32,000 bases of DNA from Halogeometricum borinquense DSM 11551 (GTDB taxonomy: Archaea > Halobacteriota > Halobacteria > Halobacteriales > Haloferacaceae): the NCBI RefSeq assembly GCF_000172995.2, contig NC_014735.1:150001-182000 (forward strand), written 5' to 3'. Position numbers and translations under genes: made by a program. Of the stretch, positions 1 to 8,360 are shown in pieces. The notes below the pieces were generated by a model. That model saw only the letters and a program-made list of their open reading frames with translations, was not told the origin of the DNA and searched no databases. Numbering within the stretch: the first letter of the stretch is position 1; each line of letters starts with the position of its first letter.

Positions 1-2
1 TA

Positions 3-1061
3 ACCGGGCAGACGAACAACGGTGGCGGCGGAAACGACGAAACATACGAGGTTGGATACGGCGACTTTCAGACGACGATACGTAGTACCGACCTTCCGGA
101 GAAACTCTACGTCTACTGTGTTCAGTCTGGATGGTCGAACTGGCCATCTCTTATGGACGCGTTCGAGTCGAAGTACGGCGTTCCGCTCAACGACGACGAC
201 CGGTCCTCCGGAGAGGCGCTCAAACACATGCGGTCGCACGCGCAGAACGCCGACCACTCCGCCTACAACGGCGGCTACACGTACGGTATCATCGCCATGA
301 ACGAGGGGTTCACCACCGGATACAAACCCGCTAATTGGGATAAAGTCCCCGAGAAACTGAAAACAGACAACGGCCACATGACTGCCACGCGGCGGATGAC
401 TACGGCCGTCACCTATCGAAAGGATATCTATGAGGAGCGCGGGCTGAAAGAACCGGAAACGTGGGACGATCTTCTGCATCCGGATATCGTCCAAGACTTG
501 GCACTTCAGACGCCGACTGCTGCGGTCGGTCTCGCAACGGCGCTGTCAGTCAACAACGCCCGCGGCGGTTCGCTCGACGATCTGCAACCAGTTATCGACT
601 ACTACGAGGAAATCAAAAGCGGCGGTGCCGAGTTCACCGATAACTTCCTCGCGCAGTTCACGAAGGGCGAGTATGCGACGTTCCTCCGCTACGATTACTC
701 GGGACTGAACCTCAAGTACAACAACGACGACATCGACGAGGAGAAAGTCGGCGTCGCTCTCCTCAAGGGCACTGACGGTTCGAAGGGTGCGTTCAACCAG
801 CCCTACGGATTCGGTATGTTGAAGGGGGCACCGAATCCCGAGGCCTGCAAACTGTTCATGGACTACGTTCTCTCGACGGAGGGACAGCGGAAGTTCCTCG
901 ACGCGTATGTGCGTCCGATTCGCGCCCCCGAATTAGAGATGCCCGACGAGTTCCCAGACCAGTCCACGTACGACGAGACGGAGTTCCAAGTCGATTATAC
1001 GACCCTCGTGGAAAAACAGGAATCTCTCATCAACGAGATCGAGCGTGCTGTGGGTCTCTAG
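3..1061 (+). CDS. ABC transporter substrate-binding protein (family-1 SBP, PotD/AfuA-like), 5'-truncated by the window edge
   Basis: Frame 3 is open from nt 3, with no stop before the listed Met at 153. The translation ...LYVYCVQSGWSNWPSLMDAFESKYGVPLN... runs straight into the listed ORF. The product is acidic and is followed directly by two permease genes and an ATPase gene. Confidence 0.8.
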   Translation, partial: TGQTNNGGGGNDETYEVGYGDFQTTIRSTDLPEKLYVYCVQSGWSNWPSLMDAFESKYGVPLNDDDRSSGEALKHMRSHAQNADHSAYNGGYTYGIIAMNEGFTTGYKPANWDKVPEKLKTDNGHMTATRRMTTAVTYRKDIYEERGLKEPETWDDLLHPDIVQDLALQTPTAAVGLATALSVNNARGGSLDDLQPVIDYYEEIKSGGAEFTDNFLAQFTKGEYATFLRYDYSGLNLKYNNDDIDEEKVGVALLKGTDGSKGAFNQPYGFGMLKGAPNPEACKLFMDYVLSTEGQRKFLDAYVRPIRAPELEMPDEFPDQSTYDETEFQVDYTTLVEKQESLINEIERAVGL

Positions 1062-2026
1062 TGATGAGTACGCGACGTATCGCCCGTTCGTACGTTGGCG
1101 ACGCTCTCGGGAGGGCCGTCGCCGTCCTCGAACCCTTCCTGAGCCGTTTGCCCCAGCCAATTCGGGGGGTCGTCCTCCCGCAAACCGAACGCGAGCGTGA
1201 GCGACGCCGGATCGTCGGTCTCTGCGCCCCGTTTCTACTACTGGCGGCCGTTGCGGGTCTGTATCCGCTCGCAGAGATGGTTCGTATCAGCGTTTCGGAG
1301 GCGAAGTACGTCTCCGAGGGGTTCTCACTGGACGCGTATCACCAGTTGGTGACGAACCCATATCTCAGAGCGTCGGCGTTCAACACGCTGTGGTTCTCGC
1401 TAGGCACGACTGTCGTGAGTCTCGGCGTCGCAACCGCGACGGCACACGCCTTAGAGAAATACGACCTTCCGTTCGAGGGAACTCTCGTGACGCTGCTGTC
1501 GTTTCCGGTGAGCCTTCCGGGTATCGTCGCGGCGTTCATGATTATCGTACTCCTCGGGAACACGGGACTGCTTACGAACGCCGCCGCATGGTTCTCCGGT
1601 CAAAGTGCTATCGACCTCGCCGTTGCCACGGGAGTCGTTGGTCTATTCGTTGCGTATTGCTATTCGATGATTCCGCGAGCGCTCCTATTGCTTCGCGGGA
1701 GTTACGCCGAAGTGAACACGCGCGCCGAGGAGGCGGCCCGGTCGCTCGGCGCGTCGCCCGCTCGGACGTTCTATCACGTCACTCTTCCGCAGGTCAAGCC
1801 GGGGCTTATCGGTGCGTTCATCCTGACGTTTAGAACGGCGCTCGCAATCTTCGGGACGGTCCTCATCCTGCAAGCGATGCGAGTGTGGACGTACGAGATC
1901 GACTACGCGCTCTCGAACGGGTTCGATATCCAACTGGCGGCGGCGATGGCGACAGTGTGGTTCGTGTTCGTTCTTGGGTTCACGGTCTTCGGCCTCCGGT
2001 ACACGAGCGCGGAGGTTGGGCTATGA
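1061..2026 (+). CDS. ABC transporter permease (binding-protein-dependent transport, inner-membrane component)
   Basis: 321-aa ORF with multiple hydrophobic helices. GTG at 1061 overlaps the upstream TAG by 1 nt; ATG at 1064 is an alternative start. It sits between the SBP gene and a second permease gene. Confidence 0.85.
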   Translation: MMSTRRIARSYVGDALGRAVAVLEPFLSRLPQPIRGVVLPQTERERERRRIVGLCAPFLLLAAVAGLYPLAEMVRISVSEAKYVSEGFSLDAYHQLVTNPYLRASAFNTLWFSLGTTVVSLGVATATAHALEKYDLPFEGTLVTLLSFPVSLPGIVAAFMIIVLLGNTGLLTNAAAWFSGQSAIDLAVATGVVGLFVAYCYSMIPRALLLLRGSYAEVNTRAEEAARSLGASPARTFYHVTLPQVKPGLIGAFILTFRTALAIFGTVLILQAMRVWTYEIDYALSNGFDIQLAAAMATVWFVFVLGFTVFGLRYTSAEVGL

Positions 2027-2919
2027 GTTCCCGGATGAACCGTGGTCGGTCCGTCTCGGCGCTCGTCGGACGACCGATAGTGCGGTTAGTGTTCGCGCTG
2101 ACGCTCCTGTTTCTGATCTTCCCCATCGTCGTCACCTTCGTGGCTTCGTTTGCTCGCGAGTGGACTGGCGTGCTCCCGAGTGGGTTCGTCACACTCGCCC
2201 ACTGGGAACAAGTACTCGGTCTCGCCGGCTACCAGGACGCCGCGAACTACTCGCTCCGCTTGGGCGATGTTTTGAAGACGGCGCAGCACGACCCGATTGG
2301 AGCGCTGAGTGCGAGTCCTTTGTTCCGAAGCGTCCTTTTGGCGCTGGGTGGCGTTGCGATCAACCTCGTCGTCGGCGTCCCGATAGCGTACGCCGTCGCA
2401 CGGTATCGGTTCCGTGGCCGAGAGTGGCTCAACGCACTCGCGGTTCTCCCTCTCGCGCCGGGGATTATCCTCGGCGTGGCGTTCCTGCGCGCCTATCCGG
2501 AACTTTCGGGGACGGACTTCGGTCTCATCATCGGCTACTCGCTGTTGAAAGCACCGTTCATGGTGTTAGCTGTTCAGTCGAGTTTTGAGGCGATGCCACT
2601 GCGCCAACTCGAAGAGAGTGCCCGGTCGCTCGGCGCGTCGTGGTTAGAAACGTTCTTGTTCGTCATCGTGCCGAACGCAAAGCGCGGAATCGTTTCTGGC
2701 GCGATTATCTGCTGGGCGCTCGCCGCCGCCGAGTTCAACTTCTCGTACGTCGTGTTCTCGCGCGGTGCGAGACCGCTCGCGTTGTTCCTGAAGGCGAATA
2801 TCTCGAATAGTTCCTTCCTGACCACTTCTGCCGCGGTGTCGGTATTTTTCCTTCTCGTCGCAGGCGTGACGCTCGCACTCCAGCTAGTGGGAACCCGCGG
2901 ATTCACTACAAGGCAATAA
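2023..2919 (+). CDS. ABC transporter permease, second subunit
   Basis: The listed ORF starts at 1885, but the ATG at 2023 (MSSRMNRGRS...) overlaps the upstream TGA as ATGA, which is typical translational coupling. The product is polytopic and hydrophobic and contains an EAA-like loop (LEESARSLGASWLETF). Confidence 0.85.
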   Translation: MSSRMNRGRSVSALVGRPIVRLVFALTLLFLIFPIVVTFVASFAREWTGVLPSGFVTLAHWEQVLGLAGYQDAANYSLRLGDVLKTAQHDPIGALSASPLFRSVLLALGGVAINLVVGVPIAYAVARYRFRGREWLNALAVLPLAPGIILGVAFLRAYPELSGTDFGLIIGYSLLKAPFMVLAVQSSFEAMPLRQLEESARSLGASWLETFLFVIVPNAKRGIVSGAIICWALAAAEFNFSYVVFSRGARPLALFLKANISNSSFLTTSAAVSVFFLLVAGVTLALQLVGTRGFTTRQ

Positions 2920-2921
2920 CG

Positions 2922-3668
2922 ATGTCTACGATCACCATCGACGACCTGACGAAACGCTTCGGGGAGACGACGGCTATCGACGGTGTCTCTCTCAGCATCG
3001 ACGACGGCGAGATTCTCGGTATCGTCGGTCCCTCCGGCTGTGGGAAGACGACGACGCTCCGGACGATAGGCGGATTCGAGACGCCAACATCCGGTCGTAT
3101 CCTGTTCGATGATGACGACGTGACGCGAGTCCCGCCGGAGCGACGAAACGTCGGACTGGTCTTTCAGTCGTACGCCCTCTTTGACAACATGACCGTTCGG
3201 GAGAACGTGCAGTTCGGACCGAAGATGCAGGGCGTCCCGCGGCAGGAACGACGCGATAGGGCGGACCGCCTGCTCTCGATGCTCGGCATCGGTGATCTCT
3301 CCGACCGCGACCCCAGTACCCTCTCCGGCGGACAACAACAGCGGGTGGGGCTGGCCCGAGCGCTGGCGGTCGAACCGCGTATTCTCCTCCTCGATGAACC
3401 GATGACCGGTCTCGATGCGCAACTGAAGCGCCGACTCCGAGACGAGATCGGGAGTCTGCTGACGGAACTTGACGTGACCGCCCTCTACGTCACCCACGAT
3501 CAAGTTGAAGCGATGGAGATGTGCGACCGAATCGCCGTGATGAATGACGGCCACGTCGAACAACTCGGGTCGCCGCGGGAGGTCTATGAGTCACCCGCGA
3601 CACAGTTCGTCTCCGAGTTCATCTCGCTCGACTATCCGGAGTTCGCGTTCGTAGAGGAGACGGGGTAA
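2922..3668 (+). CDS. ABC transporter ATP-binding protein (PotA/FbpC/CysA-like), short form without a C-terminal regulatory domain
   Basis: Walker A GPSGCGKTT, Q-loop FQSYALF, signature LSGGQQQRV, Walker B LLLDEP and H-loop VTHD are all present. At 248 aa it ends soon after the H-loop. Confidence 0.93.
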   Translation: MSTITIDDLTKRFGETTAIDGVSLSIDDGEILGIVGPSGCGKTTTLRTIGGFETPTSGRILFDDDDVTRVPPERRNVGLVFQSYALFDNMTVRENVQFGPKMQGVPRQERRDRADRLLSMLGIGDLSDRDPSTLSGGQQQRVGLARALAVEPRILLLDEPMTGLDAQLKRRLRDEIGSLLTELDVTALYVTHDQVEAMEMCDRIAVMNDGHVEQLGSPREVYESPATQFVSEFISLDYPEFAFVEETG

Positions 3669-3719
3669 CCTGTCGGCTGTGACCGGCACACGGACCTCAT
3701 CGTGCTAGCGGTGGTTCAA

Positions 3720-4080
3720 CTCTTTTCTTGCCCGGTGTCCACTGCCTACTGATCGTCTCACTGGGGACGCTTAGAGATTCCATTCACTGTGTTTCTTCTC
3801 TCACTATGTTCCCTTTACCCATTCTTCGGATGTCTTCATCTCCTGTGTTCTGCACGTCCGTTCTGTACTTCAGTTCGTTATGTGCCTCCTCTCTGTACGT
3901 TCTCCGGATGGATTCGTTGCTTACGTTCTGTAGTTGTGTTCTCAAATTCTGTTCATTGTGTTCATTCTATACATGTGTTCATTGGGTGTATTCATTAGTT
4001 GTGTTCATTATGTCTGTTCTTTGGTTGTATTGGGTGTCTCCAACCATTGGCTGTGTTTGATACATGGGTCCTTTCTACTA
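3720..4080. repeat. A-poor, T-rich non-coding tract with degenerate tandem 'TGTGTTCATT' / 'ATTGGGTGT' motifs
   Basis: A hand count of 180 nt (3781-3960) gives about 12% A; T is about 45% over the first 60 nt (3781-3840), both on the plus strand. 'GTTCATT' or 'ATTCATT' starts recur at ~3951, 3960, 3976, 3989 and 4002, spaced 9-16 nt. 'ATTGGGTGT' occurs at ~3980 and ~4029. The tract lies between two convergent gene ends. Confidence 0.6.
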
Positions 4081-4203
4081 TTCGCAGGTCTCTCTGCTGC
4101 ACTGCACGCGTAACCACGCAGTTTTTGTATTCCGGAGCGGTTCACAGTCCACGCTGTCCCGACCCGGCGAGAACTGGATCGGACGGCGCATAATCTTCCC
4201 GCG

Positions 4204-4494
4204 TTAGTTATTGAATCCGCCGCGGAAGTCGGAGATAACATAGCCGTCGTCTTCTTTAACCTCATCGACGCATGCTCCTTTCTCGTGATAGCCGTCATCG
4301 AGATTGCGGTCGTAGAAATCAGTCTTCCGGAAGTTGGAGTTGGTTTCTCTAGGATGGTAGCTCCCTCCGTCGTGCTCCTGGAGGGCCTTCTCTATTCCGG
4401 GGCGAAGACCAGTGAAAACAGCGTTACTCTGCAGGAACGTCCCCGAGTACGGCCAGGGCGCCGATACTATCGGTCGCGAAGAACACGGCCCCAT
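4204..4494 (-). CDS. small acidic hypothetical protein (uncertain; possibly a gene remnant)
   Basis: The C-terminal ~70 aa (LRPGIEKALQEHDGGSYHPRETNSNFRKTDFYDRNLDDGYHEKGACVDEVKEDDGYVISDF...) look haloarchaeal. The only in-frame ATG/GTG/TTG is at 4494, which lies 71 nt inside the upstream PQQ-like gene. Confidence 0.3.
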   Translation of the reverse strand: MGPCSSRPIVSAPWPYSGTFLQSNAVFTGLRPGIEKALQEHDGGSYHPRETNSNFRKTDFYDRNLDDGYHEKGACVDEVKEDDGYVISDFRGGFNN

Positions 4495-5665
4495 CGGCGA
4501 GTATCGGTCGGATTGTCAGCGCGTGGTATCCATCTAACGCATAGTTCCAACGCACGTCTCCTGTCTCGCGGTCGAACGCGGTTACCGTCTTGCCGTATGT
4601 GGAGGAAACGGACTCGGGTTTGTCGACTATGGAGATTACCGTCTCGATCCCGACGCATACGCCAAATGCCGAATCATCGTGCGCCGAATCGTCGTACTGC
4701 CACTGCGTCGTTCCAGTCTCAATGTCGACCGCGAAAAGGCCCCTCTCGTAGGTCGCCACGAACGCGGTACCCCCGTCCGCGGCGATCGTCGTCAGGCTTC
4801 CCAGCTCATCGCTGACCAACTCGATCTCACTGCGTCGGTCTCCTGTCTCCCGGTCGTGGACGACGAGCGTGTTCCCGTCCACGACGAGAACGCCCTGATC
4901 AGTCGCCACCGGATCCCCGTCCGACGGATCTTCGAGTGCTGTCGTCCAGCGGATCGTTCCGTCGTCGAGAGCCAGTGCTACGAGGCTGTCCACACCGTCG
5001 ACCCGCCCGATAGTGTAGACAGTTCCGTCGTAGATTGCGGGCGTGTTCAATTGTCCTGTTATTTCGCCTGTTTCCCAGCGCCGTTGCCCGTCTTCCGCTT
5101 GGAAAGCCTTGAGACCGTCGCTATACGGGACTATCACCGTTCCCGATCGTTCGTCCGCAGCGAGCAGTTCAGCGGAGGATCCCAACCCACTCGGTTCCAA
5201 CCCCGCAAGCGAACGCTGCCAAACGATATCACCGTTCTGTGGGTCAAGGGCGACGAGCCTTGAATCATGTGCCACGATGAAGCGTCCGCCAACGAGGACC
5301 CGTCCGTTACTATCCTTCCCTCCGAGCGTTGTTCGCCACTGTTCGCTGCCGTCCTGTGCGTCGAGGGCGATGGCACTTCCTTCCTTGCTGGGAGCGAAAT
5401 TCGTGGTATAGACGGTACCATCGGCGATCACGGGCTCCCACTGTGTGAACGCCTCCGAGGTCCACACCAGGTTTCCTCGCGACGGTGCGGAGACGTCCGA
5501 CGCGAATGTGTTGGCTGCGTCGGCCCCGTGCTGTGTCCAGGACCCCTCGGGGACCTCCGGCAATGGCGTGTCCGCCCTGCCTGACGAAAAGGTCGACAGG
5601 CATCCCGAAAGTGCTGCTGTCCCGGCGCAAAATGTCGTTAAAAACGCTCGTCGGTCCATACTCAT
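4424..5665 (-). CDS. PQQ-like beta-propeller repeat lipoprotein (BamB/PQQ-enzyme-repeat family) with Tat signal
   Basis: N-terminus MSMDRRAFLTTFCAGTAALSGC has a twin-arginine motif plus a lipobox. Repeated motifs follow (G.VY...dG.l.AlDa.tG...W, e.g. GTVYTTN, LVALDPQNGDIVWQ, VYTIGRVD, GTIRWTT). The start overlaps the upstream gene's stop as ATGA. Confidence 0.85.
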   Translation of the reverse strand: MSMDRRAFLTTFCAGTAALSGCLSTFSSGRADTPLPEVPEGSWTQHGADAANTFASDVSAPSRGNLVWTSEAFTQWEPVIADGTVYTTNFAPSKEGSAIALDAQDGSEQWRTTLGGKDSNGRVLVGGRFIVAHDSRLVALDPQNGDIVWQRSLAGLEPSGLGSSAELLAADERSGTVIVPYSDGLKAFQAEDGQRRWETGEITGQLNTPAIYDGTVYTIGRVDGVDSLVALALDDGTIRWTTALEDPSDGDPVATDQGVLVVDGNTLVVHDRETGDRRSEIELVSDELGSLTTIAADGGTAFVATYERGLFAVDIETGTTQWQYDDSAHDDSAFGVCVGIETVISIVDKPESVSSTYGKTVTAFDRETGDVRWNYALDGYHALTIRPILADGAVFFATDSIGALAVLGDVPAE

Positions 5666-6108
5666 CTTTCAAATGTCATTCTAATATGCTTTCTCAAATA
5701 GCACGAGAGAGAATTATTGCGCTGTCCAGATTCAGTCTGACCGAACGGGTATATTGGCCAACAGTGCGTTAATTCCCCACGAGTGCACGCACCGGCGTAC
5801 CACATGCAGGGGTATGACCCGTTTTCCACGATGTCGTCCCATGCATCGCGATCATCCGTGCCGTTCTCAAGGGTCGTATTATAGATGTCTTCCGAGTATT
5901 TGTTCAACTCCATCTTACACGTTTCTTTCATCGACCCGTCCCACTGTGGACTCTCCGTCCCTCTGTTGAACTCTTCGATGAGATCTGTGGACGTATCGTT
6001 GGCGTTTTTCCAGTTGTCCTCGACAAACCTCTTGTATGTGAAGTGAATCAAGCCCTGCGTGTACAGCACCTGCAGTCCGATCACACCGGTGTGGAGGGGA
6101 TGAGACAT
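5662..6108 (-). pseudogene. zinc-dependent phospholipase C-like domain protein, C-terminal portion only (N-terminal half missing or frameshifted)
   Basis: In the ORF frame, the sequence ...TTFHFLQDMSHPLHTG...LIHFTYKRFVED matches the H-x-L-x-D-x3-P-x-H ... H-x2-Y-x2-F-V-D pattern of the Zn_dep_PLPC family (B. cereus PLC LHYLGDVNQPMH...HSKYENFVD). The listed Met at 6108 lies between the Asp and His ligands. Protein-like upstream sequence continues in another frame up to ~6290. Confidence 0.5.
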
Positions 6109-6430
6109 GTCCTGTAGGAAGTGGAACGTCGTCCCACTTCCTGCATATAGGTGTAGTTTCCGACATCAGCCTTCTCCCAGTGACTTTGTGCGTCCCTTGG
6201 CGCCGCACCTTCAACTTCGACTTCGATGTGGCCAAACCCTGCCGGCAGGAGTGCAGCGAGGATTGGAAACGCTTTGATTTTTCTCGTCCTATAACATACA
6301 TCTAGTGGGGGCTACCCCGGCGGTGTTCACCGCTCGCCTCCACGTTGCCGGTTAATCGTTTTTGCAATTTTCCCAAATAAGTGTGAGGGAGATCCCCATC
6401 TCAAATCAATCTAACAAAATGTATTCGAAA

Positions 6431-6465
6431 TAACTATAATGTCGAACAGTTGACTGTATATATAA
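6431..6465 (+). promoter_or_regulatory. candidate TATA-box region for the first ABC-2 operon
   Basis: AT-rich 'TAACTATAAT' (6431-6440) and 'TATATATAA' (6457-6465) lie 14-48 nt upstream of the ATG at 6479. This suits a short-leader or leaderless haloarchaeal promoter; which element is used is unclear. Confidence 0.35.
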
Positions 6466-6478
6466 GGCCCTTCCAGAG

Positions 6479-7420
6479 ATGTTCAACAACTGGTATCCAA
6501 TAGCAAAGCATGAATTTAGCGAGGTCGTCAAAAGCCGTCTTGTGTGGCTTCTCACTGTTCCGATTGTCCTTGACGGGTTGCTGAATGTACTCACAAGTCA
6601 AACTGCAATACAACACCTTGGGAACCTCCGATACATTGCCTCGTTTCAACGGGGTATGGGACTCGTAATCCCCATTGCCTGCATTATTTTAGGAGCGCGG
6701 GCCGTGGGCGGAGCCCGCGGAAAGGGATTCCTAACAAATACGGCACTGCAACCCGTCTCACGAGGAGATGTTCTTGTTGGGAAAGCCGCGGGCCGGACCA
6801 GTGGACTGCTCGTTCCGCTCTCGACAGGGCTTGCTCTCGGATACATACATGGTGCGATGAATGGGGACATACCTCCGTTGCTTCCCACAATTGGATTCTG
6901 GCTCGCAAATATCGTCTATTTAGGTTCCCTCATGTTCGCGATGATCGGGCTATCTGCCTTCTTCAAGGAAGCACTTGCGCCTGCTGGCTTTGCTTTCATA
7001 CTTGGTGGCGGAACGTTCCTCTTCTACGATGAACTACTCCCCATCCCACTCAAAGCAATTTACGGTGTCACAAAAGCTAGCCCTAGCACCAGTGGGGTTA
7101 GCATGACTTGGGAACAGCCAGATGCTCCACTAGGGCTCGTAGCATTTTTGAGCCGTCTCCCACCCACAAATGCGCATCAGGCCCTCACAAATTGGCCGCT
7201 TGGGCTTCCAAACTCTGATTCATTATCGATATTCGTCATTAGACAACTTGAACCAGATTTTATCGCTCCAAGCGTGGTGATACTTGGGGATGCCTACGGT
7301 GGGCAACCGGTCCCATTCTACCTTCATCCACTCGTGAGCGGGGTCGTCTTACTCGTATTTTCAACTGCTGTCTTCGCGCTCGGCTACTACACATTCAATA
7401 ACACTGATTTCAACCAATAA
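6479..7420 (+). CDS. ABC-2 family transporter permease (NosY-like)
   Basis: 313-aa polytopic protein. The N-terminus (IAKHEFSEVVKSRLVWLLTVPIVL) matches the usual ABC-2 permease start. Its stop abuts or overlaps the ATPase gene start at 7420. Confidence 0.8.
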   Translation: MFNNWYPIAKHEFSEVVKSRLVWLLTVPIVLDGLLNVLTSQTAIQHLGNLRYIASFQRGMGLVIPIACIILGARAVGGARGKGFLTNTALQPVSRGDVLVGKAAGRTSGLLVPLSTGLALGYIHGAMNGDIPPLLPTIGFWLANIVYLGSLMFAMIGLSAFFKEALAPAGFAFILGGGTFLFYDELLPIPLKAIYGVTKASPSTSGVSMTWEQPDAPLGLVAFLSRLPPTNAHQALTNWPLGLPNSDSLSIFVIRQLEPDFIAPSVVILGDAYGGQPVPFYLHPLVSGVVLLVFSTAVFALGYYTFNNTDFNQ

Positions 7421-8322
7421 TGACTAACGCTATCACGACCACGGATCTTGCAAAGGATTATGGAAATATTCGTGCCGTTGATGCGATAAATCTCGCAATT
7501 GAGCGCGGAACTGTCTTTGGATTTCTTGGACCGAACGGTTCCGGGAAATCCACCACAATTGGAATGCTACTAGGACTCATACATCCAACGGGGGGAACAG
7601 CAGCACTTGCAGGTCACGACCCTCAAGAGGATCCCGTGTCAGTCCGCTCAAACGTCGGCGTTCTTCCTGAGGGCTTTACACCCTATCCATCACTGACTGG
7701 CCGTGAGCACCTTACCTACATCGCGGAACTCCGGGGAGAAGAGATTGACCCCGAAGCGGCGCTTTCAGAGGTCGGCTTGAAGGACGCACAGGACCGTGCT
7801 GCGACAGCGTATTCAAAAGGGATGACGCAACGTCTCGGGCTAGCGATGGCGCTCATCGGCCGTCCACCCATCCTTGTTTTGGACGAACCATTCACTGGAT
7901 TGGATCCAGATGGGGCACAACTGGTTCGAGATATCGTAATGCGAGAGCGTGAGCGAGGGACGACGATTCTCTTCTCGAGTCACATTCTTGGGCAAGTTGG
8001 GATGCTCTGCGATGAAATTGGGATTCTCTCACAGGGAAGACTTGTCACGGAAGGATCATTGACTGAACTGCAGTCACAGGGGGACTTACTGACTCACACC
8101 CAACTCGAAATCGCAACCCACTCCGACAGCGCGGTAGAGGTCTTAACAGACGCAGAATCAGTCCAAGAAGTAACAAAGAAGGACAAAACGGTTGTGGTAG
8201 AACACGACTCGAACACGTCCCACTTAGCCCTTGTCCGCCAACTCGAGGCAAACGGAATCACAGCCGTTAACGCAACAGTCCAAGCTCCAACTGTTGAAGA
8301 TATTTACCGTGAGTTTACATAA
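7420..8322 (+). CDS. ABC transporter ATP-binding protein (ABC-2 / NosF-CcmA-like subfamily)
   Basis: Walker A GPNGSGKST, signature YSKGMTQRLGLA, Walker B VLDEPFTGLD and H-loop SSH are present. The product is 300 aa. Confidence 0.93.
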   Translation: MTNAITTTDLAKDYGNIRAVDAINLAIERGTVFGFLGPNGSGKSTTIGMLLGLIHPTGGTAALAGHDPQEDPVSVRSNVGVLPEGFTPYPSLTGREHLTYIAELRGEEIDPEAALSEVGLKDAQDRAATAYSKGMTQRLGLAMALIGRPPILVLDEPFTGLDPDGAQLVRDIVMRERERGTTILFSSHILGQVGMLCDEIGILSQGRLVTEGSLTELQSQGDLLTHTQLEIATHSDSAVEVLTDAESVQEVTKKDKTVVVEHDSNTSHLALVRQLEANGITAVNATVQAPTVEDIYREFT

Positions 8323-8360
8323 CGGCGATTGCCCACGTCAAATGCTGTTACTCATATCCT

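Noticed and set aside
1885-2022. Upstream extension of the second permease ORF (listed start 1885)
   Set aside because: The extension overlaps the C-terminus of the first permease for 140 nt and translates as Arg/Gly-rich sequence. The ATG at 2023 gives a standard ATGA coupling.
2574-3563. 329-aa minus-strand ORF
   Set aside because: It lies antisense to an ABC ATPase gene that carries all the canonical motifs, and has no motifs of its own.
3695-3720. tRNA-like 'GGTGGTTCAACTC' string after the ABC ATPase gene
   Set aside because: It lacks the GGTTCRAATCC T-loop consensus, no acceptor or anticodon stems can be drawn around it, and it is too short.
3949-4045. Possible CRISPR-like array from the periodic TGTGTTCATT motif
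   Set aside because: The units are ~10 nt, degenerate, and spaced 9-16 nt with no unique spacers of CRISPR size. No cas genes are nearby.
3728-4193. Three overlapping plus-strand ORFs (110, 69 and 64 aa) across the T-rich spacer
   Set aside because: All three frames are open only because the strand is A-poor and every stop codon needs an A. The products are Cys/Ser/Leu/Phe low-complexity and non-acidic, unlike every credible protein in the window.
5915-6301. 128-aa minus-strand ORF upstream of the PLC-like gene
   Set aside because: It is basic and Arg/Ser-rich and overlaps the PLC-like ORF out of frame. A different frame in the same interval gives the more protein-like sequence discussed in the frameshift finding.
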